A stretch of 64,000 nucleotides of DNA from Syntrophorhabdaceae bacterium (GCA_963666485.2 CAXXUO010000001.1:192001-256000), one strand, 5' to 3'. Shown: positions 22,927 through 33,635, numbered from the stretch's first letter. Notes: a model not told the origin generated them from the letters alone. Translations and numbers: made by a program.

Positions 22927-24648
22927 TTAGTGCATACCCTTATCCTTCAAAATCCTAATGATTTCTTCAAGGCTGCGGGTGTTGAGGACGTCTTTTTTTT
23001 CCTGCCACCCCTTTCGCGCTATGCAGACGCCGTAGAAGACCTCTGTCAGGCCGGCCATGTTGTGGGCGTCAGGGTTTATCGATATGAGTACATTTTTGTT
23101 TTTGGCATACTGCAGGTAGCGCCAGTCAATGTCGAGCCTGTACGGGCTGGCGTTGAGTTCGATGACCTTGTTGTGGCGCGCTGCTTCGTCTATTATGGCC
23201 CGCATATCGATATCATAACCTTCACGAGAGAGCAGGAGCCTGCCGGTCGGGTGGCCGAGGATGGTCATGTACGGGTTGGCGATCGCCGATATGACACGGG
23301 CCATCTGGTCTTCCCTCTTGAGCTTAAAATTGGAATGGATAGAACCTATGATAAAATCGAAGCCCTTCAGAATATCCTCGTCATAATCGAGGCTTCCATC
23401 CGGCAGGATGTCGCTTTCGATGCCTTTGAAGATGTGGAAATCGGGCCATTTGTCATTAAGCACGTCAATGAGGTCCCACTGCCTCCTGACATCGTCCGTC
23501 TTGAGGCCCCCCGCATAATACGCGCTTTTGCTGTGGTCGGAGATGCCTATATACGTGAACCCCAACTTCCTTGCCGTCTCGGCCATATCCTCCACCGAGT
23601 CCCTGCCGTCCGAGAAATCTGTGTGTATGTGGAAGACGCCCCGTATGTCTTTTTCGGAGACAAGGACCGGAATCCTGCCGGCTTCGGCCGCTTCGACCTC
23701 CCCCATATCCTCGCGGAGTTCCGGGGGGATATAATCCAGCCCTAACCTGTGGTAGACATGTTCCTCGGAATCGGCGGTGACGGGGCTATCGCCATGAAAA
23801 AGACCGTATTCGTTGAGCTTCAGGTTCAGTTTTTTTGCAATTCCCCGCAGGCGGACATTATGCTCCTTGCTGCCCGTGAAATACATCAGCGCGAACGGGA
23901 ACTCGTGGGGTTCGACGATCCGCAGGTCCGCATCGATACCCGAGATAAGCCGGACGGACGTCTTGGTATCACCGGTCAGGTATATCTCCTCTATCCCGGC
24001 AAGCGTCGTGAAAGCAAGGGACAAAGCCTCCCTGTCACCGCCGGCCACGAGAATGTCAAGGTCGCGGATGACCTCTTTCCGCCTGCGTATGCTCCCGCAG
24101 ATCTCGATAAGGCTGCCGGGGAGCTTCTCCTCGAGCCTGTCCCGGATGGCAAGCGCCTGGGGGTAGACATCACCGAACAGGTGCTCCCCTTGATGCTGCT
24201 TCATGAACTCTATGCCCTTGAGGATCTTTTCCTGGGTTTTTTCGCCAAACCCCGTGAGGTTTACGAGCCGATTCTCCCGGCAGGCATATTCGAGTTCGCC
24301 GACGGTCGCGATCGCAAAGGTTTCATACAATTGTTTTATCTTCTTCGGGCCCAGGTTCGGGATCCCGGTCAATTCAAGGAGGGATTCGGGAAATTCGCAT
24401 TTCAGCTCTTCGTAGTACGCTATTTTTCCGGTAGCGTAATACTCGGCGATCTTCCCCGCGATGGCTTCACCAATACCGCGAAGCTCGCGAACGCGCCCTT
24501 CCGCAATTATCTGCTCAAGATTCGTAAGATTGTCCGACAGGACATGTGCCGCGTTCGCATATGCGCGGCATTTAAAGGCGTTCTCTCCCTTGATCTCGAG
24601 AAGTCGCCCGATGTCTTCGAGAATGCTAACGATATTCGCGGCCGGCAT
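22927..24648 (-). CDS. polX: DNA polymerase X / PHP exonuclease
   Basis: GSIRR, DLD, FTGSKEHN, PHP motifs HIHT, HPTGR and DAH. Confidence 0.93.
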   Translation of the reverse strand: MPAANIVSILEDIGRLLEIKGENAFKCRAYANAAHVLSDNLTNLEQIIAEGRVRELRGIGEAIAGKIAEYYATGKIAYYEELKCEFPESLLELTGIPNLGPKKIKQLYETFAIATVGELEYACRENRLVNLTGFGEKTQEKILKGIEFMKQHQGEHLFGDVYPQALAIRDRLEEKLPGSLIEICGSIRRRKEVIRDLDILVAGGDREALSLAFTTLAGIEEIYLTGDTKTSVRLISGIDADLRIVEPHEFPFALMYFTGSKEHNVRLRGIAKKLNLKLNEYGLFHGDSPVTADSEEHVYHRLGLDYIPPELREDMGEVEAAEAGRIPVLVSEKDIRGVFHIHTDFSDGRDSVEDMAETARKLGFTYIGISDHSKSAYYAGGLKTDDVRRQWDLIDVLNDKWPDFHIFKGIESDILPDGSLDYDEDILKGFDFIIGSIHSNFKLKREDQMARVISAIANPYMTILGHPTGRLLLSREGYDIDMRAIIDEAARHNKVIELNASPYRLDIDWRYLQYAKNKNVLISINPDAHNMAGLTEVFYGVCIARKGWQEKKDVLNTRSLEEIIRILKDKGMH

Positions 24649-24700
24649 GCAAATAATCGTAATGTTGTCGGGGAATCATGTCAAATAAATTTGCGGCGTA

Positions 24701-24906
24701 CGGCTAACGGCTAACGGCTAACGGCTAACGGCTAACGGCTAACGGCTAACGGAAAAAATAGCACGATAAAGGACCGCCAGCAATTGTACGCAAAGTGATT
24801 GGGGTTCCCGTCGTTCCGGGGCTTGACCCCGGGCATTCAGGGTTCTGTTCTTATGCCTCTTTATATTTTGGATCCGTTTGCCGTTTGCCGTTAGCCGTTA
24901 GCCGTT
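24701..24906. repeat. Composite element: (CGGCTAA)x7, REP (24809-24838), inverted (GCCGTTA)n
   Basis: Read directly. Confidence 0.85.
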
Positions 24907-24963
24907 CTAATTTTCTTGCAATCGGGCAGGGCTTTCGGTATGATGCGGGTAAAGGAACAACCC

Positions 24964-25182
24964 ATGCCGGCAAAGAAAAAGACCCTCTATTATACCGAAC
25001 CGCTTTTCCAAGACATGAAAAAGGATTACTGTTACGTCTGCGGAAAGCGGATAAAGCAGAATGAAGGTATCAATGTCGGCAATAACGTGTGGCGCCACAA
25101 GGTTTGCAGACCCGGCAGTGCCCACTGGCTGCGTTCCACCCTCGCAAAAGACGAACTAACTCTGGAAATATTCAAAGCCTAA
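24964..25182 (+). CDS. Small hypothetical protein, possible Zn-binding (CxxC...HxxC)
   Basis: CYVC...HKVC; AAGGA RBS. Confidence 0.55.
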   Translation: MPAKKKTLYYTEPLFQDMKKDYCYVCGKRIKQNEGINVGNNVWRHKVCRPGSAHWLRSTLAKDELTLEIFKA

Positions 25183-25191
25183 AAAGACAAA

Positions 25192-25320
25192 CCTTGGATC
25201 CCGGTGTCAAGCACCGGGATGACGTGTTGTGATAATATTTCAGGCCGATTTCCACGCCTTCAGTAAAAATCGCTTGACCAGGCCCAAGAACGCCTTACGC
25301 CTTACGCCTTACGCCTTACG
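25192..25320. repeat. REP (25192-25224) and (CGCCTTA)x4 array (25291-25320)
   Basis: REP differs from 6148-6180 at a single position. Confidence 0.85.
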
Positions 25321-25321
25321 T

Positions 25322-25357
25322 AAAAAAAGGCGCCTGACAAATCAGGCGCCTTTTTTA
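25322..25357. terminator. Bidirectional terminator after hppA
   Basis: aaaaaaggcgcctga-caaa-tcaggcgcctttttt. Confidence 0.85.
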
Positions 25358-25372
25358 TGAGCGTAGCGAATA

Positions 25373-27811
25373 TTAATCGAGTTTCGTTTCGCCGATCCTC
25401 ATGCTGTAGAAGGAGCGGTAGACGAAGATGATTGCGACGACGAAGAAGATGCCGCCGATCACGTATTTCACTGTCTGGCTCTGGATGGTGACTGCGATCT
25501 CTGTCGCGAGAAGGCCGAACAGCGTGGTGAACTTAATGACCGGGTTCATGGAGACTGATGACGTATCCTTGAACGGGTCGCCAACGGTATCGCCGACGAC
25601 AGCCGCTTCGTGAAGGGCTGTGCCCTTTTCTTTCAGGTCGACTTCGACGATCTTCTTTGCATTGTCCCATGCGCCGCCGGCGTTTGCCATAAAGATGGCC
25701 TGGTACAGACCGAAGAATGCGATCGCTACCAGGTAGCCGATGAAGAAGTAGGGGTTAAAGAATGACAGTGCGAGGGCCATGAAGAAGACGACGATGAATA
25801 TGTTCCACATACCCTTCTGGGCATACTGGGTACAGATCTTGACGACTTCCTTGCTGTCCTCGATGGATGCCTCTTCTTTATCGAGGTTGATGTTCTGTTT
25901 GATAAAAACGACTGCGCGGTACGCGCCTGTCGTAACGGCCTGGGTGGCTGCGCCGGTGAACCAGTAGATAACAGCGCCGCCCATGAGGAGGCCCAGGATG
26001 ATCGTAGGCTGAACAAGGCTCAAATGAGAGATGACGTTGCCGAACATGTTCTCGAGCAGGATGATGATGCCGAAAACCATTGTCGTCGCGCCGACAACGG
26101 CCGTACCGATAAGAACCGGTTTAGCGGTTGCCTTAAACGTATTGCCTGCGCCGTCGGCCTCTTCCAGGTAGTCTTTCGCGCCGTCGAAGTTGGGCTCGAA
26201 ACCAAATGTACTCTTGATGTCGGCTGCGATATTGGGGACTGCTTCAATGCGTGAGAGTTCGTACACGGACTGGGCGTTATCGGAAACAGGACCGTAGCTG
26301 TCGACCGCGATCGTAACAGGGCCCATGCCGAGGAAACCGAAGGCCACGAGGCCAAATGCGAAGACCGGCGCCGCAAATGCGAACTTGGCGGGCATAAGGG
26401 CAACGATCGAGGGGTGCTGGGAAACAAGGTACGCAATAAACATGAGGACGAGGATAACAAGGCCTTCCCAGAAAGCGGAGAAGTTACCTGCAACAAAACC
26501 GGAGAGGATGTCGAGCGACGCTCCGCCGTGGCGGGCAGCACCGACAACTTCCTGGACGTGCCGTGATTTCGTGCTGGTAAAAACCTTGGTAAACTCCGGG
26601 ATCAAGGCTCCGGCGATGGTGCCGCAGGAGATGATGATCGCGAGCGCCCACCAGAGGCCCGGATACTTCGAGACGCTGATGTCGCCGAGCAGCATGTAGC
26701 TGGCCCAGAACGTAACGATGATCGCAACGATAGAGGTTATCCATACAAGGTTCGTCAGGGGCTGTTCGAAGTCAAATTTTTTCTTTGATCCGTAGACGGA
26801 AGACGTGATGCCCCTGTTGATGAAATAGGAAACAAGCGAGGTAAGGATCATAAGGATACGCATTGCAAAGATCCAGATGATCAGAACGCCTGACATCATG
26901 GGGTTCGCGGCGAGCGCCAGGGCCAGGAAGGCAACAAGGGCAACACCGGTGACACCGTATGTCTCGAAGCCGTCTGCTGTCGGGCCGACGCTGTCGCCAG
27001 CGTTGTCACCGGTACAGTCGGCGATAACACCCGGGTTCTTCGGGTCGTCTTCAGGAAGATGGAAGACTATTTTCATAAGGTCTGAACCGATGTCGGCGAT
27101 CTTTGTGAAGATACCGCCGGCGATCCTCAGCGCGCTTGCGCCGAGTGACTCACCGATCGCGAAACCGATAAAGCTCGGTCCAACAAGGTCTTTCGGGAGG
27201 AAAACAAGGATACAGATCATGAAAAAGAGCTCGACGCTGACGAGAAGAAGGCCGACGCTCATACCGGAGGTCAGCGGGATATTGACGACTTCAACCGGCC
27301 GGCCGCGCAGTGAGGCAAAAGCTGTCCGGGCATTTGCCCAGGTATTGATCCTCATGCCGAACCATGCAACACCGTAGGAACCGAGGATGCCGAGGATCGA
27401 GCAGATAAGGATGATGACCATGTTGCCGAACGGTGCATGGGAAAGGCCCATGAAGTAATACACCATACAGCATGCGATCAGGATCCAGAGGATGATGAGG
27501 AACTTACCCTGCTGGGCGAGGTAAGACTTACATGTCTCCCAGATAATGGCCGACACGTCAAGCATTGACTTGTGTGCGGGCATATTCTTGGTCTGGTTTG
27601 CCTGCATGACGCTGAAAATGAGGCCGATAATACAGATAACGATACCGAAATACATGATGCCGACGCCGCTCACCGTACTTCCGAAAAGAGAAAATGATAC
27701 CGTCGAAAGGTCCGGGAGAATGATGTCCGCCTCACCGGCAAACGCCGGCAGAGCGAGCAGCATAAACATGAATAACAATGATGCGGTGCTCAAAGCTTTC
27801 TTGATGCTCAT
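25373..27811 (-). CDS. hppA: Membrane-bound ion-translocating pyrophosphatase, K+-independent type
   Basis: GGIFTKIADIGSDL, EDDPKNPG, GDNAGD, DSYGPVSDNA, GNTFKA, GDTVGDPFKDTS. Confidence 0.95.
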   Translation of the reverse strand: MSIKKALSTASLLFMFMLLALPAFAGEADIILPDLSTVSFSLFGSTVSGVGIMYFGIVICIIGLIFSVMQANQTKNMPAHKSMLDVSAIIWETCKSYLAQQGKFLIILWILIACCMVYYFMGLSHAPFGNMVIILICSILGILGSYGVAWFGMRINTWANARTAFASLRGRPVEVVNIPLTSGMSVGLLLVSVELFFMICILVFLPKDLVGPSFIGFAIGESLGASALRIAGGIFTKIADIGSDLMKIVFHLPEDDPKNPGVIADCTGDNAGDSVGPTADGFETYGVTGVALVAFLALALAANPMMSGVLIIWIFAMRILMILTSLVSYFINRGITSSVYGSKKKFDFEQPLTNLVWITSIVAIIVTFWASYMLLGDISVSKYPGLWWALAIIISCGTIAGALIPEFTKVFTSTKSRHVQEVVGAARHGGASLDILSGFVAGNFSAFWEGLVILVLMFIAYLVSQHPSIVALMPAKFAFAAPVFAFGLVAFGFLGMGPVTIAVDSYGPVSDNAQSVYELSRIEAVPNIAADIKSTFGFEPNFDGAKDYLEEADGAGNTFKATAKPVLIGTAVVGATTMVFGIIILLENMFGNVISHLSLVQPTIILGLLMGGAVIYWFTGAATQAVTTGAYRAVVFIKQNINLDKEEASIEDSKEVVKICTQYAQKGMWNIFIVVFFMALALSFFNPYFFIGYLVAIAFFGLYQAIFMANAGGAWDNAKKIVEVDLKEKGTALHEAAVVGDTVGDPFKDTSSVSMNPVIKFTTLFGLLATEIAVTIQSQTVKYVIGGIFFVVAIIFVYRSFYSMRIGETKLD

Positions 27812-27913
27812 CTATTACCTCCTTGAGAGATGATAATGAATAACCATAATAACCCTGAAGTTGCGGATTGGCTCCCTATTTTAAACATTTTCTTTTTCGA
27901 ATGTCAACGAAAC

Positions 27914-27931
27914 TTAGGAAAAAATTCACAA
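27914..27931. promoter_or_regulatory. Candidate Rex operator upstream of hppA
   Basis: TTAGGAAAAAATTCACAA next to a minus-strand TTGACA at 27902-27907. Confidence 0.4.
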
Positions 27932-28040
27932 TATGTAATTGCGAGGGGTCAATTATCCTTATTCTATTAAAAACAGAAGGTTGGGAGAAAAGAAGGCTTT
28001 TTTGATCTTCGGTTAATTATTTATTTTATCAAAAAATCAA

Positions 28041-29054
28041 TTACAGGCCCACCCCGTCAAGCGCGGTGCCGCAGAACGAGCAGCCGCCGCCTTTCAGGTT
28101 GTACTCGGTAATACTGTACCCGTACCTGCCGATAACGGTCTTGTGACAGGTCGGGCAATACGTGTTCTCCCCGTCGAGCCCGGGAATGTTGCCGACGTAC
28201 ACATAGTGCAGGCCGGCTTCGATACCGATCTGCCGGGCCCGGGCAAGGGCCTTCGAACTTGTCGGGGACGCATCGAGAAGTTTATACGTCGGATAAAAGG
28301 CGCTCACGTGCCAGGGGACGTCCCTGCCCAGCTCGTCGGCGATAAAATGTGCGATGGCCTTCAACTCATCATCGCCGTCATTGTGTCCCGGGATCACGAG
28401 CGTCGTCAATTCTATCCAGATACCGAGTTTCCTGTGAAGCCGGATCGTGTCGAGGACGCCGGACAATTTTGCCCCGCAGACCTTTCCATAGAAGGATTCG
28501 CTGAAACCCTTGAGGTCTATGTTCGCCGCGTCGAGATAGGGGGCGACCGCCTTGAGCGGCTCCTCTTCAATATACCCGTTTGTTACAAAATTGTTCGCTA
28601 TCCCTTCTTTGCGTGCTATCTTCATGATGTCAAAGGCATATTCGAGGAATATCGTTGGCTCGGTGTACGTGTATGAGATGCTCGTGCACTGAGATGCTTT
28701 CGCTTCCTGAACGATAACCTCGGGCGCTACGTTCTGGCCGAATATCCTTTTGGCCTCGCGCGGCCCCTGGGAAATATCGTGGTTCTGGCAATGCAGGCAC
28801 CGGAAGTTGCACCCGGCCGTTGCAATCGAATAGGCCTTCGTCCCCGGATAAAAGTGGAAAAGCGGTTTCTTTTCTATGGGGTCGACATGGTTCGCACAGG
28901 GGAAGCCGTAGACAAGACTGTAGAGGGTACCGTCGCGGTTCTCCCGGACACCGCATATCCCTCTTTTTCCTTCAGCTATAATGCAATTGTGGCGGCACAG
29001 AAAACAATGCAGGGTCTTTTCGTCCCTTTTTTCCCAGAACGACGCTTCCTTCAT
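28041..29054 (-). CDS. amrS: AmmeMemoRadiSam system radical SAM enzyme
   Basis: DPIEKKPLFHFYPG, CNFRCLHCQN, YTYTEP. Confidence 0.92.
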   Translation of the reverse strand: MKEASFWEKRDEKTLHCFLCRHNCIIAEGKRGICGVRENRDGTLYSLVYGFPCANHVDPIEKKPLFHFYPGTKAYSIATAGCNFRCLHCQNHDISQGPREAKRIFGQNVAPEVIVQEAKASQCTSISYTYTEPTIFLEYAFDIMKIARKEGIANNFVTNGYIEEEPLKAVAPYLDAANIDLKGFSESFYGKVCGAKLSGVLDTIRLHRKLGIWIELTTLVIPGHNDGDDELKAIAHFIADELGRDVPWHVSAFYPTYKLLDASPTSSKALARARQIGIEAGLHYVYVGNIPGLDGENTYCPTCHKTVIGRYGYSITEYNLKGGGCSFCGTALDGVGL

Positions 29055-29057
29055 GGC

Positions 29058-31415
29058 TTACACCTTTTTCCCGAATATCGCCTCCACTACATCGTCCATG
29101 GTCTTCGCGGAAAGAAAGGTTATCTTCTTTTTTACGTAAGGGGGAATTTCAACAAGCTCGTGCCAGTTCTCGTGGGGGATGAGCACCTTTTCCATGCGGT
29201 TCCTTAAAGCTGCAAGGGTCTTTTCTTTAAGGCCCCCGATGGGAAGGACCCTTCCCGTGAGGGTGATCTCACCCGTCATCGCTATTTTCCTGTTTATCGG
29301 CTGTTTGGTGATCGCGCTGATCATCGCGACGGCCATTGTGATTCCGGCGGAGGGCCCATCCTTGGGAATGGCCCCCTGCGGTACGTGGATGTGCATCTCC
29401 AGCTCGTCAAAAATGGATTGATCGATCCCGAGGACGTCCGCTTTCGATTTTATGTACGTCAGCGCCGCCTGCGCAGATTCTTTCATGACGTCGCCCATGT
29501 TGCCCGTCAGGGTCAGCTCTTTCTTGCCGCGCCTGCAGGACGCCTCGATATAGAGAACATCCCCGCCGAACTCCGTCCAGGCAAGTCCGCTCGCCACCCC
29601 GATATAATCCTGCTCCATCTGGCTGTCGGGGAGATATTTGACCGGGCCTAAGAATTCGGTCAAATTCTTGGGAGTTACGAGCACCTTCTTTGTATTTCCC
29701 TCGGCGACCCTCCGGGCGACCTTCCGGGCGATCGTTGCGATCTCCCTCTCTATGTTCCTTAGGCCCGCCTCGCGCGTGTATTCGCCGATCGCTTTTTGGA
29801 TCGCTTTGTCCGATATCTCGAGCCGCGCGCTCGTCAGGCCGTTCTCCGATAGCTGTTTCGGAATGAGGTACCGCTTGGCTATCTCCAGCTTCTCCTGTTC
29901 GGTATAGCCGGGTATATCGATGACCTCCATCCTGTCGCGCAGCGCAGACGGTATCGTATCCATCTGGTTTGCCGTCGTTATGAACATGACCTTCGACAGG
30001 TCGAACGGGACGTTGAGGTAGTGGTCGCTGAACGCATTGTTCTGTTCCGGGTCGAGCACTTCGAGGAGCGCGCTCGCCGGGTCACCCCGGAAGTCGTTGC
30101 CGATCTTGTCTATCTCGTCCATCATGAACACCGGGTTGTTCGTCCCGGCAAGCTTGAGGTACTGTATGATCCGGCCGGGCATCGAACCTACGTACGTCCG
30201 CCGGTGCCCGCGTATCTCGGCCTCATCCTTCATGCCGCCGAGTGATATGCGCGAGAACTTCCGCCCGATGGCCCGCGCGATCGATTTTCCGAGCGACGTC
30301 TTGCCGACGCCGGGAGGCCCGACGAAACAGAGTATGGGGCCCTTCATGTCGGCCTTGAGCTTCATGACGCTCAAGAACTCGAGGATACGGTCCTTTACCT
30401 TATCGAGGTCGTAGTGGTCCTTGTCGAGGATCTTGCGCGCTTTCTTTATATCAATGTTGTCTTTGGTCGATTTGCTCCAGGGAAGCTCCACGAGCCATTC
30501 GAGGTACGTCCTCACCATCGTCGACTCGACGGCGTCCGGATGCATCATATCGAGGCGCTCCAACTGCTTTTTGGCCTCTTTCTCGACCTCTTTCGGCATC
30601 TTTGCTTTCTTGATCCGCTTGCGGAAGTCTTCGACCTCCTCGGTACGCTCATCGCCTTCGCCGAGCTCGGTCCGGATTGCGCGCATCTGCTCGCGCAGGA
30701 AGTATTCCCTCTGTGATTTGGACATCTCCTCTTTCGCCTGGGAAAGGATCTTTGCCTGCATGTTGAGGAGCTCGATCTCCTTGCCGAGGATCTCGGAGAG
30801 CTTCCTCAAGCGCTCGACGGGGTCGATTATCTCGAGGACCTCCTGGGCCTTGTCGACATTGAGCCCGAGGTTTGCGGCGGCGATGTCCGCGAGCCTTCCC
30901 GGTTCGTCAATGGTGTCGAGGACCATGAGGATATCCGGCGGGACCATCCGCCCCATCGATACAACCTTTTCCATCTCTTCCTTGACGTAGCGCATGAGTG
31001 CTTCTATCTCGAGGGTTATCTCGGTGATGATAGGCTCTTCGATCGGTTTCAGGCGGACAAGGAAGGTCGGCGTTTCCTGTATATACTGCTCGATCTTCGC
31101 TTTTTTAAGGCCCTGGATGAGGACCTTGACCCTTCCGTCAGGGAGCCTGAGCATACGCATGATCTGCGAAACGACCCCTACGCTATAGATCCTGTCCGGC
31201 AGGGGGTCCTCGTCGGTCAGGTCCTTTTGTGCGGCAACCACGATAAGACGGTCCTGGGACAGGGATTTTTCAACGGCGTTGATGGACATGTCCCTTCCGA
31301 CGAACAGGGGAAGCAGAACACTCGGGTACATTACCATGTCACGTACCGGCAGAAGCGGCAGGATATCAGGTATATTTACATTCTCTAAATCCGTCATGCG
31401 ATGCGGAGCCTCCAA
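29058..31415 (-). CDS. lon: ATP-dependent Lon protease (start 31415 or 31397)
   Basis: GPPGVGKTS, RGHRRTYVG, PKDGPSAG, IGGLKEK. Confidence 0.97.
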   Translation of the reverse strand: MEAPHRMTDLENVNIPDILPLLPVRDMVMYPSVLLPLFVGRDMSINAVEKSLSQDRLIVVAAQKDLTDEDPLPDRIYSVGVVSQIMRMLRLPDGRVKVLIQGLKKAKIEQYIQETPTFLVRLKPIEEPIITEITLEIEALMRYVKEEMEKVVSMGRMVPPDILMVLDTIDEPGRLADIAAANLGLNVDKAQEVLEIIDPVERLRKLSEILGKEIELLNMQAKILSQAKEEMSKSQREYFLREQMRAIRTELGEGDERTEEVEDFRKRIKKAKMPKEVEKEAKKQLERLDMMHPDAVESTMVRTYLEWLVELPWSKSTKDNIDIKKARKILDKDHYDLDKVKDRILEFLSVMKLKADMKGPILCFVGPPGVGKTSLGKSIARAIGRKFSRISLGGMKDEAEIRGHRRTYVGSMPGRIIQYLKLAGTNNPVFMMDEIDKIGNDFRGDPASALLEVLDPEQNNAFSDHYLNVPFDLSKVMFITTANQMDTIPSALRDRMEVIDIPGYTEQEKLEIAKRYLIPKQLSENGLTSARLEISDKAIQKAIGEYTREAGLRNIEREIATIARKVARRVAEGNTKKVLVTPKNLTEFLGPVKYLPDSQMEQDYIGVASGLAWTEFGGDVLYIEASCRRGKKELTLTGNMGDVMKESAQAALTYIKSKADVLGIDQSIFDELEMHIHVPQGAIPKDGPSAGITMAVAMISAITKQPINRKIAMTGEITLTGRVLPIGGLKEKTLAALRNRMEKVLIPHENWHELVEIPPYVKKKITFLSAKTMDDVVEAIFGKKV

Positions 31416-32771
31416 TTATTGTGCTGCAAAGAACGCGCTAAATGCCCGGTATGATTCGTATATGTCAAGTTTGTTCGACAGTTCATAGGGTGAATGCATG
31501 GCAAGCAGCGCGGGCCCGCAGTCGATTATGTCCATCCCGTACAGTGCGAGGTGTTTTGCCACCGTTCCCCCGCCGCCTTCGTCGACCCTGCCGAGCTCTC
31601 CGGTCTGCCACATCACGTCGGCGTCATTGAATAGCCGGATGACCTCGGCCACGTACTCGGCGTTCGCGTCGCTCGCGCCGGACTTTCCCAGGTGGCCGGT
31701 AAACTTGCTCAGGCACGGGCCGCGTCCCAGGTATGCCGCGTTCTGTTTCTCGTGGACCTCCTGATAGGTCGGGTTCACCGCGCCGTTCACATCAGCCGAC
31801 AGGGCCTTCGAATCGTACAGAATTTTCCTGACAACCGACTCATCGGCCTTGAGGCCCATCCCGTTTATTATGTCATCGAGAAATACCTTGAGGAAGTAGG
31901 ACTGGATCCCGGTCGACCCCTCGGAACCTATCTCTTCCTTATCGGCAAATATGGCAAGGCAGCTGCGCTTCGGGTCCCTGACATGGCATATGGCCTCGAG
32001 CAGGGGGTATGCCGATGCCCTGTCGTCCTGCCCGTATGCCCCGACCATGCTCCGGTCAAGGCCGACATCGCGTGCCTTGAACGCCGGGACCACCTCGATC
32101 TCGGCTGTAATAAAATCGTCCTCGGTCATGCCGTACCTGTCGTTCAGCAATTTCAGGATGTACTGCTTTACCGGCTCCTTATCAGCCCCTGCAAGGGGAA
32201 GGGATCCAAAAAGGACGATGAGCTTTTCGCCCTCGATCGCCTCGGACAGCTTCTTTTCGCCCTGTGTCTTGCGCGACAGGTGGGGCAAAAGGTCATCGAT
32301 GATGAAGACCGGGTCGTCGCTGTCCTCGCCGATGCATATGTCAACGGCTGTGCCGTCCGCCTTTATCACGATCCCGTGCAGTGCAAGCGGGGCCGCAACC
32401 CACTGATATTTCTTTATGCCCCCGTAATAATGGGTCCTGAGCAGTGCGAGGTCCACATCTTCGTAGAGGGGGTTCTGCTTGAGATCGAGCCTCGGCGCAT
32501 CGATATGCGCAACAATGATGTTGAGTCCTTCAACGATATCGGAAGACCCGCGTACAAATGCCATCACCGTTTTGTTCCGGTTGACCGCAAATACCCGCTC
32601 CTGTGAGGGGTCCACATCAAACCCGCTCTGCGACAGGGCGGCTGTAATGCACCGGACCGCCTCACGCTCGGTTTTCCCCCTGTCGAGAAAATCCTTGTAG
32701 CCTTCCGAGAAGTTGTAGATGGTCCTGATCTCTTGCTTCGATTTCGATTTCCAGCCGGATTGTCTTTGCAT
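31416..32771 (-). CDS. M18 family aminopeptidase
   Basis: AHIDAPRLDLK, YYGGIKKYQW, GQDDR, DKEEIGS, MHSPYE. Confidence 0.92.
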   Translation of the reverse strand: MQRQSGWKSKSKQEIRTIYNFSEGYKDFLDRGKTEREAVRCITAALSQSGFDVDPSQERVFAVNRNKTVMAFVRGSSDIVEGLNIIVAHIDAPRLDLKQNPLYEDVDLALLRTHYYGGIKKYQWVAAPLALHGIVIKADGTAVDICIGEDSDDPVFIIDDLLPHLSRKTQGEKKLSEAIEGEKLIVLFGSLPLAGADKEPVKQYILKLLNDRYGMTEDDFITAEIEVVPAFKARDVGLDRSMVGAYGQDDRASAYPLLEAICHVRDPKRSCLAIFADKEEIGSEGSTGIQSYFLKVFLDDIINGMGLKADESVVRKILYDSKALSADVNGAVNPTYQEVHEKQNAAYLGRGPCLSKFTGHLGKSGASDANAEYVAEVIRLFNDADVMWQTGELGRVDEGGGGTVAKHLALYGMDIIDCGPALLAMHSPYELSNKLDIYESYRAFSAFFAAQ

Positions 32772-32832
32772 GAGGTCCTTTCAGGGTATCAGAATAGCGC
32801 AGGTCGCGTCAACCGGGCTTCGCGTACATATA

Positions 32833-33187
32833 TGGTGGAGGCGGTGGGAATCGAACCCACGTCCAGAAAAGAAGGCGTCAGACAGACTACATGCTTAGTC
32901 AGCGTATTAGATCTTAAACACCATGGCACCCGCTGACGAGTTCCCTGCTGTTCCAGCCTATAAGGTTTCGCCCGGCACTATAGGCGTCCCGCCGGACTAT
33001 CCCGCTAAGAATGACACCATGCACGGACCTGGAAGCGGGAGGAAGGCCCGGATGATGTGGCTGCTCTAGGCAGCCAGTGCGTAGTCGTATGACTCTGCAG
33101 TTGTGTTTAGTTCCGCTTGGGTACGGGTAAGCAGTAACCCGGCATGCCTCTCTGGCCCTTGCATCCCTGTCGAAGCCTGTCGCCCCC
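32833..33187 (-). ncRNA. ssrA: tmRNA
   Basis: 5' GGGGGCGAC, 3' TTCGATTCCCACCGCCTCCACCA; tag reading frame (A)AESYDYALAA*. Confidence 0.95.
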
Positions 33188-33188
33188 T

Positions 33189-33635
33189 TTATCGTATTCT
33201 TTCCTCGCGCTCCATAAGACGTTTCTCGTCCTTGCGCCTGATTCCCTCTCTTTTATCGTAAAGTGTCTTGCCCTTGGCCAGCGCCAGTTCCATCTTGGCT
33301 CTGTTCCGTTTGTCAAAATAGAGGGAAAGGGGGACCAGCGTGTACCCCCGTTCTTTTACCTTACCGATGAGTCGCATGATCTCCCGCTTGTGCATGAGCA
33401 GCTTGCGGGTCCTTTTCGGCTCGTGATTGTAGATGTTCCCGCACGAATAGGGTGTTATATGGGCGTTAACGAGGAACACTTCGCCGTCCTTGACCTTTGC
33501 GTAGCTCTCCTTGAGGTTCGCCCGCCCTTCACGGAGCGACTTCACCTCGGTCCCTGTCAGCACGAGCCCCGTCTCGAATTTCTCCTCGATATGGTACTCG
33601 TGATAAGCCTTCCTGTTCGTGCAAATAACCTTCAT
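33189..33635 (-). CDS. smpB: SsrA-binding protein
   Basis: NRKAYHEY, GTEVKSLR, RKLLMHK, GKTLYDKRE. Confidence 0.97.
   Translation of the reverse strand: MKVICTNRKAYHEYHIEEKFETGLVLTGTEVKSLREGRANLKESYAKVKDGEVFLVNAHITPYSCGNIYNHEPKRTRKLLMHKREIMRLIGKVKERGYTLVPLSLYFDKRNRAKMELALAKGKTLYDKREGIRRKDEKRLMEREERIR

Noticed and set aside
20650..24714. Long plus-strand ORFs (e.g. 20650-21756, 22918-23745, 23749-24714) and similar ones elsewhere
   Set aside because: Antisense shadows of well-supported minus-strand genes, with no recognisable motifs.
32772..32860. Genomic island integrated at the tmRNA 3' end
   Set aside because: A housekeeping aminopeptidase gene follows directly; no integrase or displaced ssrA fragment seen.
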